A stretch of DNA of 63,793 nucleotides, counting the filler, from Licmophora abbreviata (taxonomy: Eukaryota): assembly GCA_900291995.1 (NCBI GenBank). It is 9 parts of 9 records of this genome, joined end to end, with 100 filler letters (N's around TTAATTAATTAA, not from the genome) between each part and the next. Parts side by side here need not be neighbours in the genome. Positions count along the whole stretch, not along the records: positions 12,985 to 17,034 come from OLMU01000503.1; positions 17,135 to 32,120 come from OLMU01000504.1; 7 more parts are not named here. One strand, 5' to 3'. The notes under the pieces were generated by a model, which saw only the letters and a program-made list of their open reading frames with translations, ran no database searches and was not told the DNA's origin. The position numbers and the translations under genes were made by a program. Below, one piece after another: positions 12,985 to 25,324 of the stretch; the first letter of the stretch is position 1; every line of letters begins with the position of its first letter.

Positions 12985-13340
12985 GGCCGCTGCGCCACTG
13001 TAGTTGGCCATGGAACTCGTGTATGCATTCAAAGGGTCGTCGAATTCACTAATGAAGTAGTCCGCAAAAATCTCATTCAAGTCGATATCGTCCCCCAACT
13101 TTTGACAGAAAAAGGGGGTGCGTGAGATGACGCGCAGTCATTGGCAAGCCCCAATCGTCATGGCGGTGAGCAGCTACATACCTGAGAGTGCGTTGGAGCG
13201 AAAAGCGGCTGCTGCACGGCACCTATATTCCCCAATCCCGAAACGACGAGAGCAAGAGTGAGCAATCGCACGAAGTGGACCAAAAGACAACCCAATGATC
13301 ACAAAGTTCAAGTCTCACCATTCTGCGACGATCCCGACAT
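12985..13340 (-). CDS. Aureochrome-2-like bZIP-LOV photoreceptor, N-terminal fragment (3 exons; rest in gap)
   Basis: Exons 13340-13319, 13222-13182 and 13098-12985 with GT-AG introns give MSGSSQNGAVQQPLFAPTHSQLGDDIDLNEIFADYFISEFDDPL... The GDD-IDLNEIFADYF block resembles diatom AUREO2 N-termini as I recall them. bZIP and LOV domains are not visible. Confidence 0.55.
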
Positions 13341-14176
13341 GATCTGGTGAAAATTGAAAAAACGAAACTTTTTCAGTCCACTCAGCGAATCAGGAGCACA
13401 AGCACGTCGACGGCAAGAGGACAAGTAGAACGCCGGTCTGTCTCTCTATCACTCCTGACCAATAGAGGGCAGGATGGATCAACACGAGTATTATGAGTGC
13501 AAAGGGCGCGACAGCCTCAAGTTCGAAAGTCGGCGATCTTGAAGTATCTTAAAAGTCGGGAAGGCAAAGATACACCTCTGGTAGAGAATCGCCGTAGGAT
13601 GTCAGTAGCAATTGACCAATGACTCACGCGACCAACGATGACGTGTAATGCGAACACCGAGACCGGAACTTCAACAAAAGAGCTGGGCAGCTGTGCTCGC
13701 GCTCCGTCCTGGCAATGGGAATCGATCACCTCCCGATTCGTCTTCTGCCGCGACCTCCACGTGACGTTCACTGATACTGCTGTCACAGAAGATCCTCCTG
13801 TAACAACTGGTCGAACTGTCGCCAGGAAATTACGCTCGCGGGCACCAATCCGCCAGATTTCGCAAATTTCACGACTATTTTCAACTTGCGGGCCAAAAAT
13901 GTGGGAAATGGGCTGGGATTGGAGGTCTGTCATCTGTGCGGCGTACCGGTACGCATCAGCCGGAGCGACGGAGAGACGCCGATGGGTCTACTCGTACGAG
14001 GCGGACTGTGTGTGAACTGTGATGATGCGTGATGTGTTGATGTATTAGTCCACAGAAAGGGCACATCGATCTTGGGGCGACGCTGTGATGGTGCTAAGTC
14101 TGTCTGGTCCATGTGCATATACAGCGAGTTTCAGTAGCGGCCTTGACATTAAGCAGTAGCGGTCTGGACTCGAAAA

Positions 14177-16741
14177 ATGGACGAAGAGTCGACTTCGCAT
14201 ACTCGCGAACAAAACGCTTCGCATGACCCCCAAGAGTCTACACGGACATCGACCAGCGCAGACGCGAACCGAAACGATCGCATCGAGCGCGTTGTTGACG
14301 AGGACCGAGACAATGCTACATTCGCTGCACTGGGTGTAGTGGATGCAGGAGAGCTCCAGCCCCCGCCGTTTGCGGCCATGCCACCTGTCGAGGACATTGA
14401 ATGGCGTCACCAGCGCTCACTCCGGCAGTTCTCAATGCCGCGCTCGGATCCAACGGCCTATCATCGATCACCACCCCATTCTCGCTCCGGATTTTCTTCA
14501 ATGCATCAGTCTCAGCTGCGCAAGCAGGCTCACGGCGCAGCTCGCCCCTTTCGATCCCCTCCAGCTGCACCCGGTCGCGTATACTCGTCGCCGGCGTCGG
14601 GCAATAGGCGATCAATATCGCTCGGGCACCTCGGCAGTGCTGTCGCCGCACCTCCCGGTCCTGCCGCAGTAGAAGCTCCGCAATATGCAGCGATCGAAAT
14701 GCCGCGTGCAAATATCCCAAGCCGATCCTCCTCTGTACCTTCTGTCGCTTCTTCGTCCCGAATGGAGATGTCATCGGCATCCGACAACAACCTCAATAGC
14801 GGCTGGTCGGTCGTCAACACCACTTCAGGTGGAGGCGCACCTCCCTGTGAGCGGTCCCTTCATACTGCCGCTATTCTGAACGGGTCCATGTTGGTATTTG
14901 GTGGGTATAATGGAACTACCCGATGCAACGACTTCCATTCCTACTCGTTTGCGGAGAAACGATGGAGCCCCGTCTTGCCATCTGCTACTAGCGGTCGCGC
15001 CCCGAGCCCGCGAGATCGTCACGTGTCTGTCACACACGGTAACTCCTTTTACGTCCAAGGAGGCTTCGACGGGACAAGCCGCGTTTCAGATTTCTTTTCC
15101 TTTGACTTTTCATCCATGGCGTGGCGGGAGATTGTCCCTGTTGGAGGCAGATCGCCTTCGGGACGCCATTCGCATGCAGCCGTTGTGTGGAGAGATTCCA
15201 TGTTTGTGTACGGCGGCTATGACGGTAGCTACAAGACTGACCTTCATGAGTTCGAGTTCAATGCCTCTCGGTGGAGCGCGGTGCCCGCAGCTGGTCGGAG
15301 ACCTCGAGCTCGTTATCGGGCGACATGTGTTGTTCATAAGAACTCCTTGATTGTGTTTGGAGGCCACGACGGCACGCGGCACTTGTCAGACACGCACGTG
15401 TTCGATTTTGAGACACGCATCTGGTCTTCGTTGGTCACCGAGGGGACTCCACCTATTCCGAGAGACTCCCACGTGAGTGTTGTTTTTATGAATTCTATGT
15501 ACATCTTTGGAGGCAGCAGCGGGTCTGCCATGAACGACTTGCACGAATTGCAGATGCCTTCTGATGTGACATCTCCCGCAAAGTGGTAAGTTCGGGGCGT
15601 TCTGGTGTGTGTGGGCAGTGCGGTAAGTTCAGTATAGCTCACCATTTTCGTTCGTGTACAGGCGACCCATTAAGTTCTCCGGAGGAACGGAACCCTTTCA
15701 TCGGTTCTGCCATGTGGCTGTTGTGCATGGCGATGCCATGTATGTCTTTGGTAAGTGTCGATCAATCGACGTGGGCGTTTAACAACCAATGATCCACAAC
15801 TTCATTTGTCTTATGAATCAAGCTGTCTCCGTCCGTCTTTGCAATACAGGAGGTTATGATGGGTCTGAGCGATTAAATGACTTCATTCGGTGAGTGCGCG
15901 GTTGTGATTGCGTATTCAGGCATAGGCTTGTAGTGCTGCCGCAGCCGTACCCTCCTCACAGTCGATTCTTGCTCCTGCTTACTTTCTAATTTTCAAAGCT
16001 TCGATTTTGCCGTGTACGACTTGAGCGTTGAAGTTCCGGTATCGACGATTATTCCTGATCTGCGCGGTATGGTAAACGAAGATACATTGTCCGACGTGAC
16101 GTTCATCGTCGAGGAACAACCTGTGCACGCCCACAAGCTCCTGCTTATGAGGTAAGAGAATCGAGGTGTCCGTCCATTTTTTTGGCATCAAAGGTTGTAC
16201 GTCGCGAGAAAACTTACGCGCCTTTTTGTCATTAACTCGCCGATCAGGTCTTCGTACTTCCGAGCTCTATTTCTTGGGCCCATGCGCGAGTCACAACAAT
16301 CATCGATTCGCATCGAGCAGGTAATTAAGTGGCGTTTCGGTTCTCCACAGCTTGAGTTTTCGAATTGCCTTACTAAGTTATCGTTTGATTAATTTCCTAT
16401 TACAGGTATCACGCCCCATCTTTCTGAAAATCTTGGAATACCTATACACGGATCAGATTGATATTCCGCTGGAGAGCGCCATGGAACTGTTCGAAGCCGC
16501 GGATCTCTTCTGTATCCCTCGACTGAAGACCATGTGTGAAAAACGCATGCTCCAGTCGATCACTGTAGAGAATGCAGCCACTGTCTTCCATGCTGCGGAT
16601 CTACACACCGCTACGGCGCTCCGACAAAAGGCCCTGAAATTTATACTGTCTCACTTCGAAGACATCTCCAAGACAACGAGCTTCGAGGAGATGGGCCGAT
16701 GCAACATGGAGCTAGTCTTCGAGATCTTACGGAATCGTTGA
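14177..16741 (+). CDS. Kelch-repeat + BTB/BACK protein (LZTR1-like); 6 exons
   Basis: Six Kelch repeats (VFGGYNG, VQGGFDG, VYGGYDG, VFGGHDG, IFGGSSG, VFGGYDG), then BTB SDVTFIVEEQPVHAHKLLL..ILEYLYTD. Introns start at 15586, 15751, 15890, 16152 and 16321. Confidence 0.88.
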
Positions 16742-17034
16742 CGCGATGAAAGAACTAGATTGAGCGCGCTGTAACCATATTATGTACTAGGACCGTATTA
16801 ATGGCTTAGCTCCATCACTTCTGCCGCCGAGCACAAGTTAAGTTCGATGGCTCCGTATTTTTTGTGCCGGCCCACCTAATGGGTTATATGCCACCTATAC
16901 AAGAGCCGCCCTCGACATGGACGCGTGGAGCTTCTCAAACACAGCAGGAAATTTACGTTTATCCTACGCAAGCGAGAGTTGCCGCCGGCAGCATGACACG
17001 TGTTGGTTTTGATTTTGGGATGCAATCACACATC

Positions 17035-17134
17035 NNNNNNNNNNNNNNNNNNNNNNNNNNNNNNNNNNNNNNNNNNNNTTAATTAATTAANNNNNNNNNN
17101 NNNNNNNNNNNNNNNNNNNNNNNNNNNNNNNNNN
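17035..17134. other. Assembly spacer 2
   Basis: N44-TTAATTAATTAA-N44. Confidence 0.99.
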
Positions 17135-17217
17135 CGCCACTTCATCAGTCCTCGTCTTTGGGCTGCGTTGGGTAATCTTCGAACTCGTTGAGCACCCGTT
17201 ATCGATTTCGTAACAGA

Positions 17218-19331
17218 ATGAGAGTACTGTCCAATTTGCTGGGTTCGTGGCTACTCTGGACGTGGTCGTTTCCGGCCATTGCGAGTGCCACGGCTGGACC
17301 TATGGGAAACCCCGCGGGTGCAGCATACTACCAGCAACCGCAATATCAGCAGCAACAACAGCAGCAGTGGTACGGAGACGAACAGCAGCGTGGATACGAG
17401 CAGGCACCCGTGCTTCAACAGCAAGAGAAGCAGGAGAAGAACGCCCTTCCTCCTGGATGGAGCGAACACATTGACCCATCGTCGGGGCGTCCCTACTACT
17501 ACAATACCAACGACGGAACGACTACGTGGGATCGACCGAAGGCAGTGACGGTGGAAGACGACGCGATCCCGAAGACAGAGCAAAGGCAACCAGAAGAGCA
17601 ATCGATCCTTGATGAAGAGAAGAGCTTTGTGGGCGACGTGTCGGACCCCTCAATGGAGAAACCGGAGACGAAAGAACCTGAAGCAGACGAAACGCCTACA
17701 GCATATCCGGACTATTCACAGCAGCAGCAGCAGCAAAATCAGGAACCGCAGAGTTATCGAGATGAGGAAGAGCCGAAATCGGAGTCCAACATAGCTGAAC
17801 CTATTAGCGATACCGGGCGGCCGGAACAGCAACCGTGGGGAATGCCTCGTCAAGACGAGCCGCAGCAGTATCGCCAGCCAGAACAACAACAACAACAACA
17901 ACAGATACATGGATGGGGCAGCCCTCAGCAAGGAAGAACAGCAGCATGGAATGATCAGCCCGGTTCAGACCAACCGGCACGGGAAAAGCCGAGCGAGAGT
18001 CAAGATCAGCGGCAGTCGCCTCAGCAAGGCTGGCAAGATGTGGCCCCAAAGCGAGCCGATCAAGCTCCCGTAAACTCTGGAAGTCCCGAAACCAATGGAG
18101 AAGGAATGGTGTCAGGAATGCCACGTGACGGAAAACCGCAATCGTCTATGGAACCGGAGCAGCGCACTTTCGCTCAGCAGCCGGACCAGCCTCAGCGCGA
18201 ACCTGAGCCACATTTGGAACGCCCGCAGTCGCATCAATACGGACAACAGGTTCCTCCGCAACTGCAGCCCCAGCACCACGCGGGGCAACAGTATCAGCAA
18301 CAGCAAAGACCACCTCAGCAGTACGGTGACCAGCAGCAACATCAGCAGTCACAACAAGGAGGCCCGAGCCAACATGCGCCTTGGCAACAACAGCAGCAGT
18401 CGCCGCAGCAGGGCGGATACAACTCGTACGGACAGGCGCAATACGGCCAACAAGGGTATGGACAGCCACCGCCGCAGGGATATGGACAGCCACAGGGTTA
18501 CCCATATGGACAATACGGTGGACCGCCTGGAGCTTACGGTCGCCAGAGACCGCCGCAGTACCAGAACCAACTAGTGAGTCAGGACTCGCAGTCCGGCACG
18601 GCTGTCAAGGAAGCCCTTGGGAGCGCTTGGCAAGGGATCCTCGGTTTCGGGAATCGAACAAAAGAGGCAGTTGGGCAGGCACGCAACTCTGTTGTCTCCA
18701 GTGCGTCGGCAGCGACGCAGACAGTCGCATCGACGAGTGCGGGTGAGTCATCTTGAGTGGGAGGAACGTGCGTTTGGAGATGCTGACGATGACTTGATGA
18801 TTCTCATTACGAATGCTCTCTCTTGTTTTACCTGTAGGCATTTGGGGACAAGCCAAGAATAGCATCGGCTCCGTGTTCGAGGGCGGGGACAAGACGAAGC
18901 CACCTCCATACTCGTTGTCGGAACAGTACGGCGCACCGCCTGCTCCCGGTCACCCGCATCAGGGATACCCTCCGCAGCAGTATGGAGGATACCCACCCCG
19001 CTATGGTCAGCCACAGCAGCGAGAGAATCCGCCATATCCGCACCAACACGACCAGCAGCAGCAGATGCGACAGCCGCCACCACAAACCCAGTACGGAGGA
19101 AGGCCCCAGCAGACATACCCGCCAGGTCAAGGTTACCCGCCGCAAGGAGCCTATGGTCAGGAAAGCAGAGGATATTCTCCCCAACAGCAGCAACAACAGC
19201 AGCAGCAGCAGCCGTTACAGCAAGGGGGGCAGCAACCACCGGGCGGATCGCAGCAAACGCCGCCTGGACAACCTAGACGGTTTGATGGCGAACAAAGCCC
19301 ATCGCAGCACCCCGGCTGGGGAGGCTACTAG
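17218..19331 (+). CDS. WW-domain, Q/P/G/Y-rich low-complexity protein with signal-peptide-like N-terminus; 2 exons
   Basis: WW domain LPPGWSEHIDPSSGRPYYYNTNDGTTTWDRP. Intron 18743-18837. Poly-Q tracts and YGQ/PPQ repeats. Confidence 0.85.
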
Positions 19332-19634
19332 TGCACAGAAACAAACTAAATACACAATATAGGTGTGCCATATGAATTGCTTAGTTAGTTGCAACCGGTA
19401 TATATGCACGGTGTGCTGCTCAAACCGAATAGCGAATAGTATACCGGTATGCGACGCGAAGCGACGTTCAAGAAACGATCACGACGCACGCGAGCTAAAA
19501 ATGATCGAGCTCCATTATCATGAGTTGATGAAAGTGATCGAGGTTCACGTCTTTTGTGCCCATGATGACCTGTATCGGAGCCGCTCGTTTGCCACAATGA
19601 TAACTGCTTCTATCAACGACTGCCTTCCTCCATT

Positions 19635-21599
19635 ATGATAAAACAACAACAGAAGCGGTCTCTTGCGGCGAAAAGTGGGTCAAAGGCTGCGTTGAAACTC
19701 ACTCTGGGCAACATATTATGCTCACTCGTCGCCTTGCAGGTCATTGCCGCATGGGTGGTGTTTCGCAGCTTCGCACGGGACAATCCTTCTGCGTCTGAAA
19801 AAGAAGCGGTCCAGGAAAATTCAAGAATAAGAGGGGCAGTCGTTGAAGCTGTCTCCTTGAGCCCTTCTGACAGACCGGACAGAGACTTGCCTGAGAATGC
19901 AGAATCGATTCGATTGGAGACGGAACTGAAGATCAAGCTCGGGGCAGCGGAAGTTCAAGCTTGTCGTTGGTTCCAGCGTCAAATCAATGGGACTGTCGTT
20001 GTTACTCACCCCGCCAACTGTCACGAAGAAGGAGCTGTGCTCGTGGCGTACAACTCAGCCGACCAAGTCCGATTCTGGTGCGGCGAGAGGCTGGGGGCTC
20101 GAAAGGGCACGTCGACGCCCACAACGCACGGCGCCTCGTGCCATTGGACAGAACCCGCACATTTGTTTCTAAAGACACCGTCCGCGACGGATGCATCTGC
20201 TATGCCGCCGGTGCGCCTCTCGAAATCAGTCCGAGCATCTTTGAAAATCCCGGCCACGCCATTCCCATGCGATGTTCCTTGTGAAACTTTGTTCTCGAAC
20301 CACGGTGTCCTTTCAACCATCTTTGTCCAAGATACTGACTGGACGATTGAGTTCTCGATGGAAAGTTCGAGCTACTATGGCAGGCTAGAGGTTCAGCCCA
20401 ACGAACACTTGTCCAATCACTTTTACGCGACGACTTCATTCCGTTCAGAGATTCCGCTCCCTTACTTTTCATGGGCGGAGTACAATATCACGCAGCCTGC
20501 TGTTGACTTTGACCGAGTCATCCCCGGGGCATCGTTCGTTGCCAAGAACTGCAACAGTAGGAATAATCGAGAGGCGTTGGTAACGGATCTACAGAAGTAT
20601 ATTCGAGTCGATTCCTTGAGCGGGTGTCTGCACAACGCGGAACCGCCCAACGGTCTGACCCTTGGCGACAAGAAAACGTTGCAGCGCCAATACATGCTTC
20701 ATTTGGCATTCGAGAATTCGGAGGTAGACGATTACATTACAGAGAAAATGTGGGGGTCCTTCGAATCTGGTACACTTCCCGTGTACTTCGGCGCTCCCAA
20801 CATTCGAGATCACGTGCCCGCCCATTCCATCATTTCGGTACATGACTTCGCATCTACACAGGAACTTGGCGAGTACTTGCAGTTGGTGATCTCGAACAAG
20901 ACTTTGTACGATTCATACCACGAATGGAGGACAAAACCGCTTCCGGAAGCCTTTGCAGACAAGTATCGCTTCACACACGTCCACTCTACATGCAGAATGT
21001 GCCGGTGGTCATACGCTCGACTGTACGGATTTGGATGGAATGCGACAACACAGTCGGTGGAGGAGGTGGCGCTTCATCGCGATTTACAGCTTGATCCTAC
21101 CAGCCGACGTATTGTTCATCCAGTCCAGGAGTCATGGACGACACATCGAAAGAACGATATCGACACGACGACCCTAGGATTGCCCCCCAACGTGCTTGAG
21201 GCCGGTCCTTGGCTCCGTACAGTCAATGAGCATGATGGCTTAGTGGATATTCAGCTCGAACGAAGGGATTTATCAGTCGAAAGTGATATCTACATATTAC
21301 GTCTAGTAACGAAGATATCTGGGGACGTGATACGAAACAAGCCGAACGAGGTCGTGTGGCAGGATTCGAGCACTCGCATTACGATACTGACGAGCTGGAA
21401 AGCCTCCGTCGATACCAGCGATGGCTGTTTCGTCTTGAAGCTGGACGACATGGTACCGAGCTTTGCACGGATTCGAATCATTGTTGAGAACGTCGACACC
21501 TTCCATCAGACGGGACAAACCGAAACTTACTACTTTGGTAGCCTCGTCGCGAAGGAATTCCATCAGCCTCAGCCATCAGTCTTTCGAGTACGACATTGA
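19635..21599 (+). CDS. Alpha-1,3/4-fucosyltransferase (GT10), type II membrane protein
   Basis: SFVAKNCNSRNNRE and YMLHLAFENSEVDDYITEKMWGSFESGTLPVYFG (GT10 signature). N-terminal TM helix. Confidence 0.9.
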   Translation: MIKQQQKRSLAAKSGSKAALKLTLGNILCSLVALQVIAAWVVFRSFARDNPSASEKEAVQENSRIRGAVVEAVSLSPSDRPDRDLPENAESIRLETELKIKLGAAEVQACRWFQRQINGTVVVTHPANCHEEGAVLVAYNSADQVRFWCGERLGARKGTSTPTTHGASCHWTEPAHLFLKTPSATDASAMPPVRLSKSVRASLKIPATPFPCDVPCETLFSNHGVLSTIFVQDTDWTIEFSMESSSYYGRLEVQPNEHLSNHFYATTSFRSEIPLPYFSWAEYNITQPAVDFDRVIPGASFVAKNCNSRNNREALVTDLQKYIRVDSLSGCLHNAEPPNGLTLGDKKTLQRQYMLHLAFENSEVDDYITEKMWGSFESGTLPVYFGAPNIRDHVPAHSIISVHDFASTQELGEYLQLVISNKTLYDSYHEWRTKPLPEAFADKYRFTHVHSTCRMCRWSYARLYGFGWNATTQSVEEVALHRDLQLDPTSRRIVHPVQESWTTHRKNDIDTTTLGLPPNVLEAGPWLRTVNEHDGLVDIQLERRDLSVESDIYILRLVTKISGDVIRNKPNEVVWQDSSTRITILTSWKASVDTSDGCFVLKLDDMVPSFARIRIIVENVDTFHQTGQTETYYFGSLVAKEFHQPQPSVFRVRH

Positions 21600-21901
21600 A
21601 ATGCGTCCTTTGTCCCCTAGCGCAAATAGGAAGAAGTTACTAGCTGCAATTCGCATCATCTTAGTCAAATTGGCAAAGTTGGAGTAGGAATGCAAGCCGC
21701 GCAATCTTTGCTAAGTTCTTTGGAGTGGTTGGATTGGAGATTGCTTCGAGTCAGTCACGGACACGATTCGCATCGCGCTTTTTCGCAATCGGAACGCGCG
21801 ACCATCGCTCACAAAGAGCCGAGCAGAGAAAAGTGAGACCATGACGATCATAATGTGGCGAGGTTGCGGCGCTACGGTACACCCAAGAGATTCAAGACGA
21901 C

Positions 21902-23182
21902 ATGTCTAATGAAATGGAGGTCAAAGTCTCGAAAAGAGACGTGACAGTCGACGAATACAGAAATATCGAACGATGGTGTCTCGACGCAGTGTCGACCGGG
22001 AGAGAGTTTCTCTTTGATCCAGTGCTGTTCCACAAGAACCTGCATGACGCATCTGTATATTTCCGATTTCCCTCCGAGGTAAGGAGAACGATGCGCGGAC
22101 ACGTTCAATGTAGATGGACACGAGTCTAACGAATGCCGCCTCTTCTGTTACTATCCACAGGCCTTGTACTCGCTACTCCGAAACACGCATTTAGTACATG
22201 TCAAACGTACCACTCACAAAGTTAAGGCTGCAGCGAAACAAGTGGCAGCCAAATACACGAAGGGAGCATCGATAGTGGATCTCGCCAGAGGCAGAAATTA
22301 TCCACCTTACTTGCTTGCTCGAATTCTTGTCACGGCTGTATCTGTGGATTCATCGATGCATTCTAAGAAGCTGACGGAGGCGATGCGAGATCCACTTGCT
22401 CGGCTAGGCAATCGGCAAGTGATTGCTCCCGAATACCAAGCATCAGAAAACGTGGAGACAAGACCGAAACGTAGTATTGCTGGCCCTCTACATATGTTCT
22501 CCAAGCGACCCCCGACATTTCCGTCACCAGAAATAACAACACGACTCGCTTTGGAAGTCATGGAGGCCATCGATGCTGATCCAATGTATGGTCCTCTACA
22601 CGACAAGGAACGAAATGAAATAGGCATCGAGTACGAATTTCTCTTGGAGCAAGTTTTGAAAGCTAAAGGTACGAGTGATAGGGAATCCTCGACGTTCTCG
22701 GCGTGGTTTGGTTTATCAACATGCTCACGCTATCACCATGCGTCGCTCCAGATATTCCGTTCGAGACAGAAGCTGAGCTTCGAGCGCGCGGTACCTCTCG
22801 CACACCGGACGTGCTCTTGACATGTCCAGTCGGCGTGAAACGTCCCAAGCGGAATGGGGACGGAGACGAATGGGCTGTTGTGAGCTGGATCGACTCAAAA
22901 GTAAGATTCTTTCTGTGTGACGTCTTCCTCCCGTTTCGCACTGTCTCACCATTCTGCCTCGACTACTGCAACAAGGCACTGTTCGGAGATTCCAACACAC
23001 ATCAAATGTCAGTCTTGCCACAAGCAGAATCATATGTACATCGCTTTGGACCCGGCATGGTACTGTATTGGTTTGGACACGCGCCGTTGTCTCTGTTGGA
23101 CGATGGCCACGGTGACATTACGATTGCTGGATGGAAGCTACCAGACGAGCTTCTCCTACCGACTGGTGAGATTGTATCTTAG
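21902..23182 (+). CDS. CDIN1: CDIN1/C15orf41-like TPD-domain nuclease; 4 exons
   Basis: GASIVDLA..NYPPYLLAR, DPMYGP..GIEYEFLLE, FETEAELRARGTSRTPDVLL, WIDSKALFGD and YVHRFGPGMVLYWFG. Introns start at 22079, 22669 and 22901. Confidence 0.85.
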
Positions 23183-23620
23183 AAGAACTAGTAAGATTCG
23201 AGATTAAGTCTACGCGTATCTATAAGCCAGCTTCGTTTTCTCTTGTAATCTGTAAAATGCGCAAACTGCCCCCACGCACACTCGACAGTCGATTGGTGGT
23301 ACCTCTACATGTTGCTATTCGAGTAGCGCGTAGCGGTCTTGCTGATCCTCCTGACGTCTCCCCTCTCTCTCGGTCGTGCATTCAAAAGTTCACAAGACAT
23401 TCTCGAGAGTACCAGATGATCGCATTATATGTTGCTAAATGGAGAAAAAAGTGAAGCCGTGATGGTTCTGTGGTCATATGCGATGATTTTATCCCTTTTT
23501 CAGCACTGAATAGGATTATAGCTCCTATTGCTCGTTTTTTGTACGGATGGGCCCGTAGAGCTACTTGGTAGAATTCAAAAGGAATGCAGTTGCTCGATAC
23601 AACAAAATACCGACGCGACC

Positions 23621-24400
23621 ATGATGAACAGGCGAGTGCAATCCGGCCGCAGCATCGGTAGAGTGTTACGATCGCAGCGCCTCCACTCGTTTCAACTATC
23701 TACAGCAACATGCGAAGCATCATCGTCGCTAAGCACCGCGGAGAAGCTCAAACGACCGGCGTTCCAGATGCCACGAATGGCCGGTACAGACGGCCTTCCC
23801 GGTCGCACGACGACACCCACAGTCGATAGTGACGATCGCGCTAGTGACCAGTTAGGTCGACGGCGAGTGTTGAATGTGGGTGGCGTTTCGACTGTCTATC
23901 GACAGTCGGCGACGTCGTCACATCGCCGGTCTCGATCCAGCAAGACATCTCAACACCAAGCTGAAAGCACGATCGGCAGCCTCGCGGTACGTTATCACTC
24001 ATCAACAGCAACATGCAGCTGCGTAGACAGCCCTCTCAATTCTTTTGCTCTGATGATGCGATCAATTTGTGGATCTTTCTCGTCTGCGAAGTCAACAATG
24101 AGTGCTACCGCAAGACATCGGAATCGGCATAGTCTTCTCGGAGTCCGCATGGCCGATGTGAGGGTAACGAATCCTTCGCAGTTGAGACTTCCGGTTGATG
24201 AATCTGCCCAGACTGACGGAGATCTGAGTGAGCATACTGATGGAGAATCGGGTGGCAATATACAAGAACATAAACCGGACGAGACATCAACGAAACGGCA
24301 ATGTTCACGTGCGGATAGTTACGCTCTTATGTCTTTGTCAGTCATCGCGGCGAGCGGAGCCACAATCTACTTTGTCGGCACCGAATTTGTGCTCTCGTGA
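23621..24400 (+). CDS. Hypothetical Ser/Arg-rich protein with C-terminal hydrophobic anchor
   Basis: Open frame of ~260 codons, basic N-terminus, terminal hydrophobic stretch YALMSLSVIAASGATIYFV. No recognised domain. Confidence 0.5.
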   Translation: MMNRRVQSGRSIGRVLRSQRLHSFQLSTATCEASSSLSTAEKLKRPAFQMPRMAGTDGLPGRTTTPTVDSDDRASDQLGRRRVLNVGGVSTVYRQSATSSHRRSRSSKTSQHQAESTIGSLAVRYHSSTATCSCVDSPLNSFALMMRSICGSFSSAKSTMSATARHRNRHSLLGVRMADVRVTNPSQLRLPVDESAQTDGDLSEHTDGESGGNIQEHKPDETSTKRQCSRADSYALMSLSVIAASGATIYFVGTEFVLS

Positions 24401-25324
24401 GCAAGTGGACGGTCACCTTTCTTTCAGTTCGAGCAACGCTGACCCTCCATCGCGACCAAATTGTGAGTACATTGGAGAGTGTCTACTGCAGGGTCGAATC
24501 TTACCTGGAACTCCTTAGCGAGGCCGAGGCCCCCTCCCCTGTGCATACCTGTTGTTCACCTTTCCTTATTGTTAGTTTTCTACAAGTCAGAAATGTATAT
24601 TCTGTCTCATTTTCTGGTATCCATCTTATCATTTCTAGCGTGCAACTGCTAGCTAGCTGCTTGCGTCGCAGATGCAACCCTCTCTTTTTCGAGTTATGGC
24701 ATCGTGCAGCAGAGGCCTTTCCAATATCTACGTTTCAAGCACACTGACCTGTATTATTTACAGAAACAGCTATCACGCTTGCACGTGGGATCGATTAAGG
24801 TCTTCAGATGGAGACATTCGTCTCGGTCCTAGGCGTAGATGGCTCCCCATGCAAGATCCGATCCACCGAGAAAAGTCGCACATATCGTGGACGTCACGAA
24901 ATATCAAAGCGTAGACAATAGCCCTTTGACGGGCTGTACTTCAAAACGTCATTTAAGGTCATTCAGACCATTCTGTTTATATCTCATCTATTTATCTACT
25001 TAAAATTTGGTCATGAGGAAGAAGTCATTAAAAGCCATCTGGTACAGTCCGAAGTCATTTTGTTCATCCCAACGCGTTTTTTTTAATTTGGTCACTCAAT
25101 CATCGCCCTATCGACCTTCATTGTCACTGTCGTATTGTGCACGTCGGGGATCTCATCGAGGTCTTGGTAAGTTCTTTCATTGTAGTCCTTGGTGATTGCA
25201 TTTCAGCTAGGTTCCTAAGCTACCACAGTGTTCCGGAAATACTTCATAACGTGCAATCGTCAAATCGTCAAGCACCCAGCACTGACGCGTTCACGGCGCT
25301 CTTCGTCGCTCTTTGGGCAGCAGA

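Noticed and set aside
13517..14015. ORFs of 125-138 aa upstream of the Kelch-BTB gene
   Set aside because: No motifs; the region is better explained as the divergent promoter/UTR between the aureochrome-like and Kelch-BTB genes.
16890..17034. Possible terminal exon on the minus strand (DKRKFPAVFEKLHASMSRAALV*)
   Set aside because: Too short and truncated by spacer 2; no recognisable homology.
17340..19212. CAG/CAA runs as independent microsatellites
   Set aside because: They encode the poly-Gln tracts of the WW protein.
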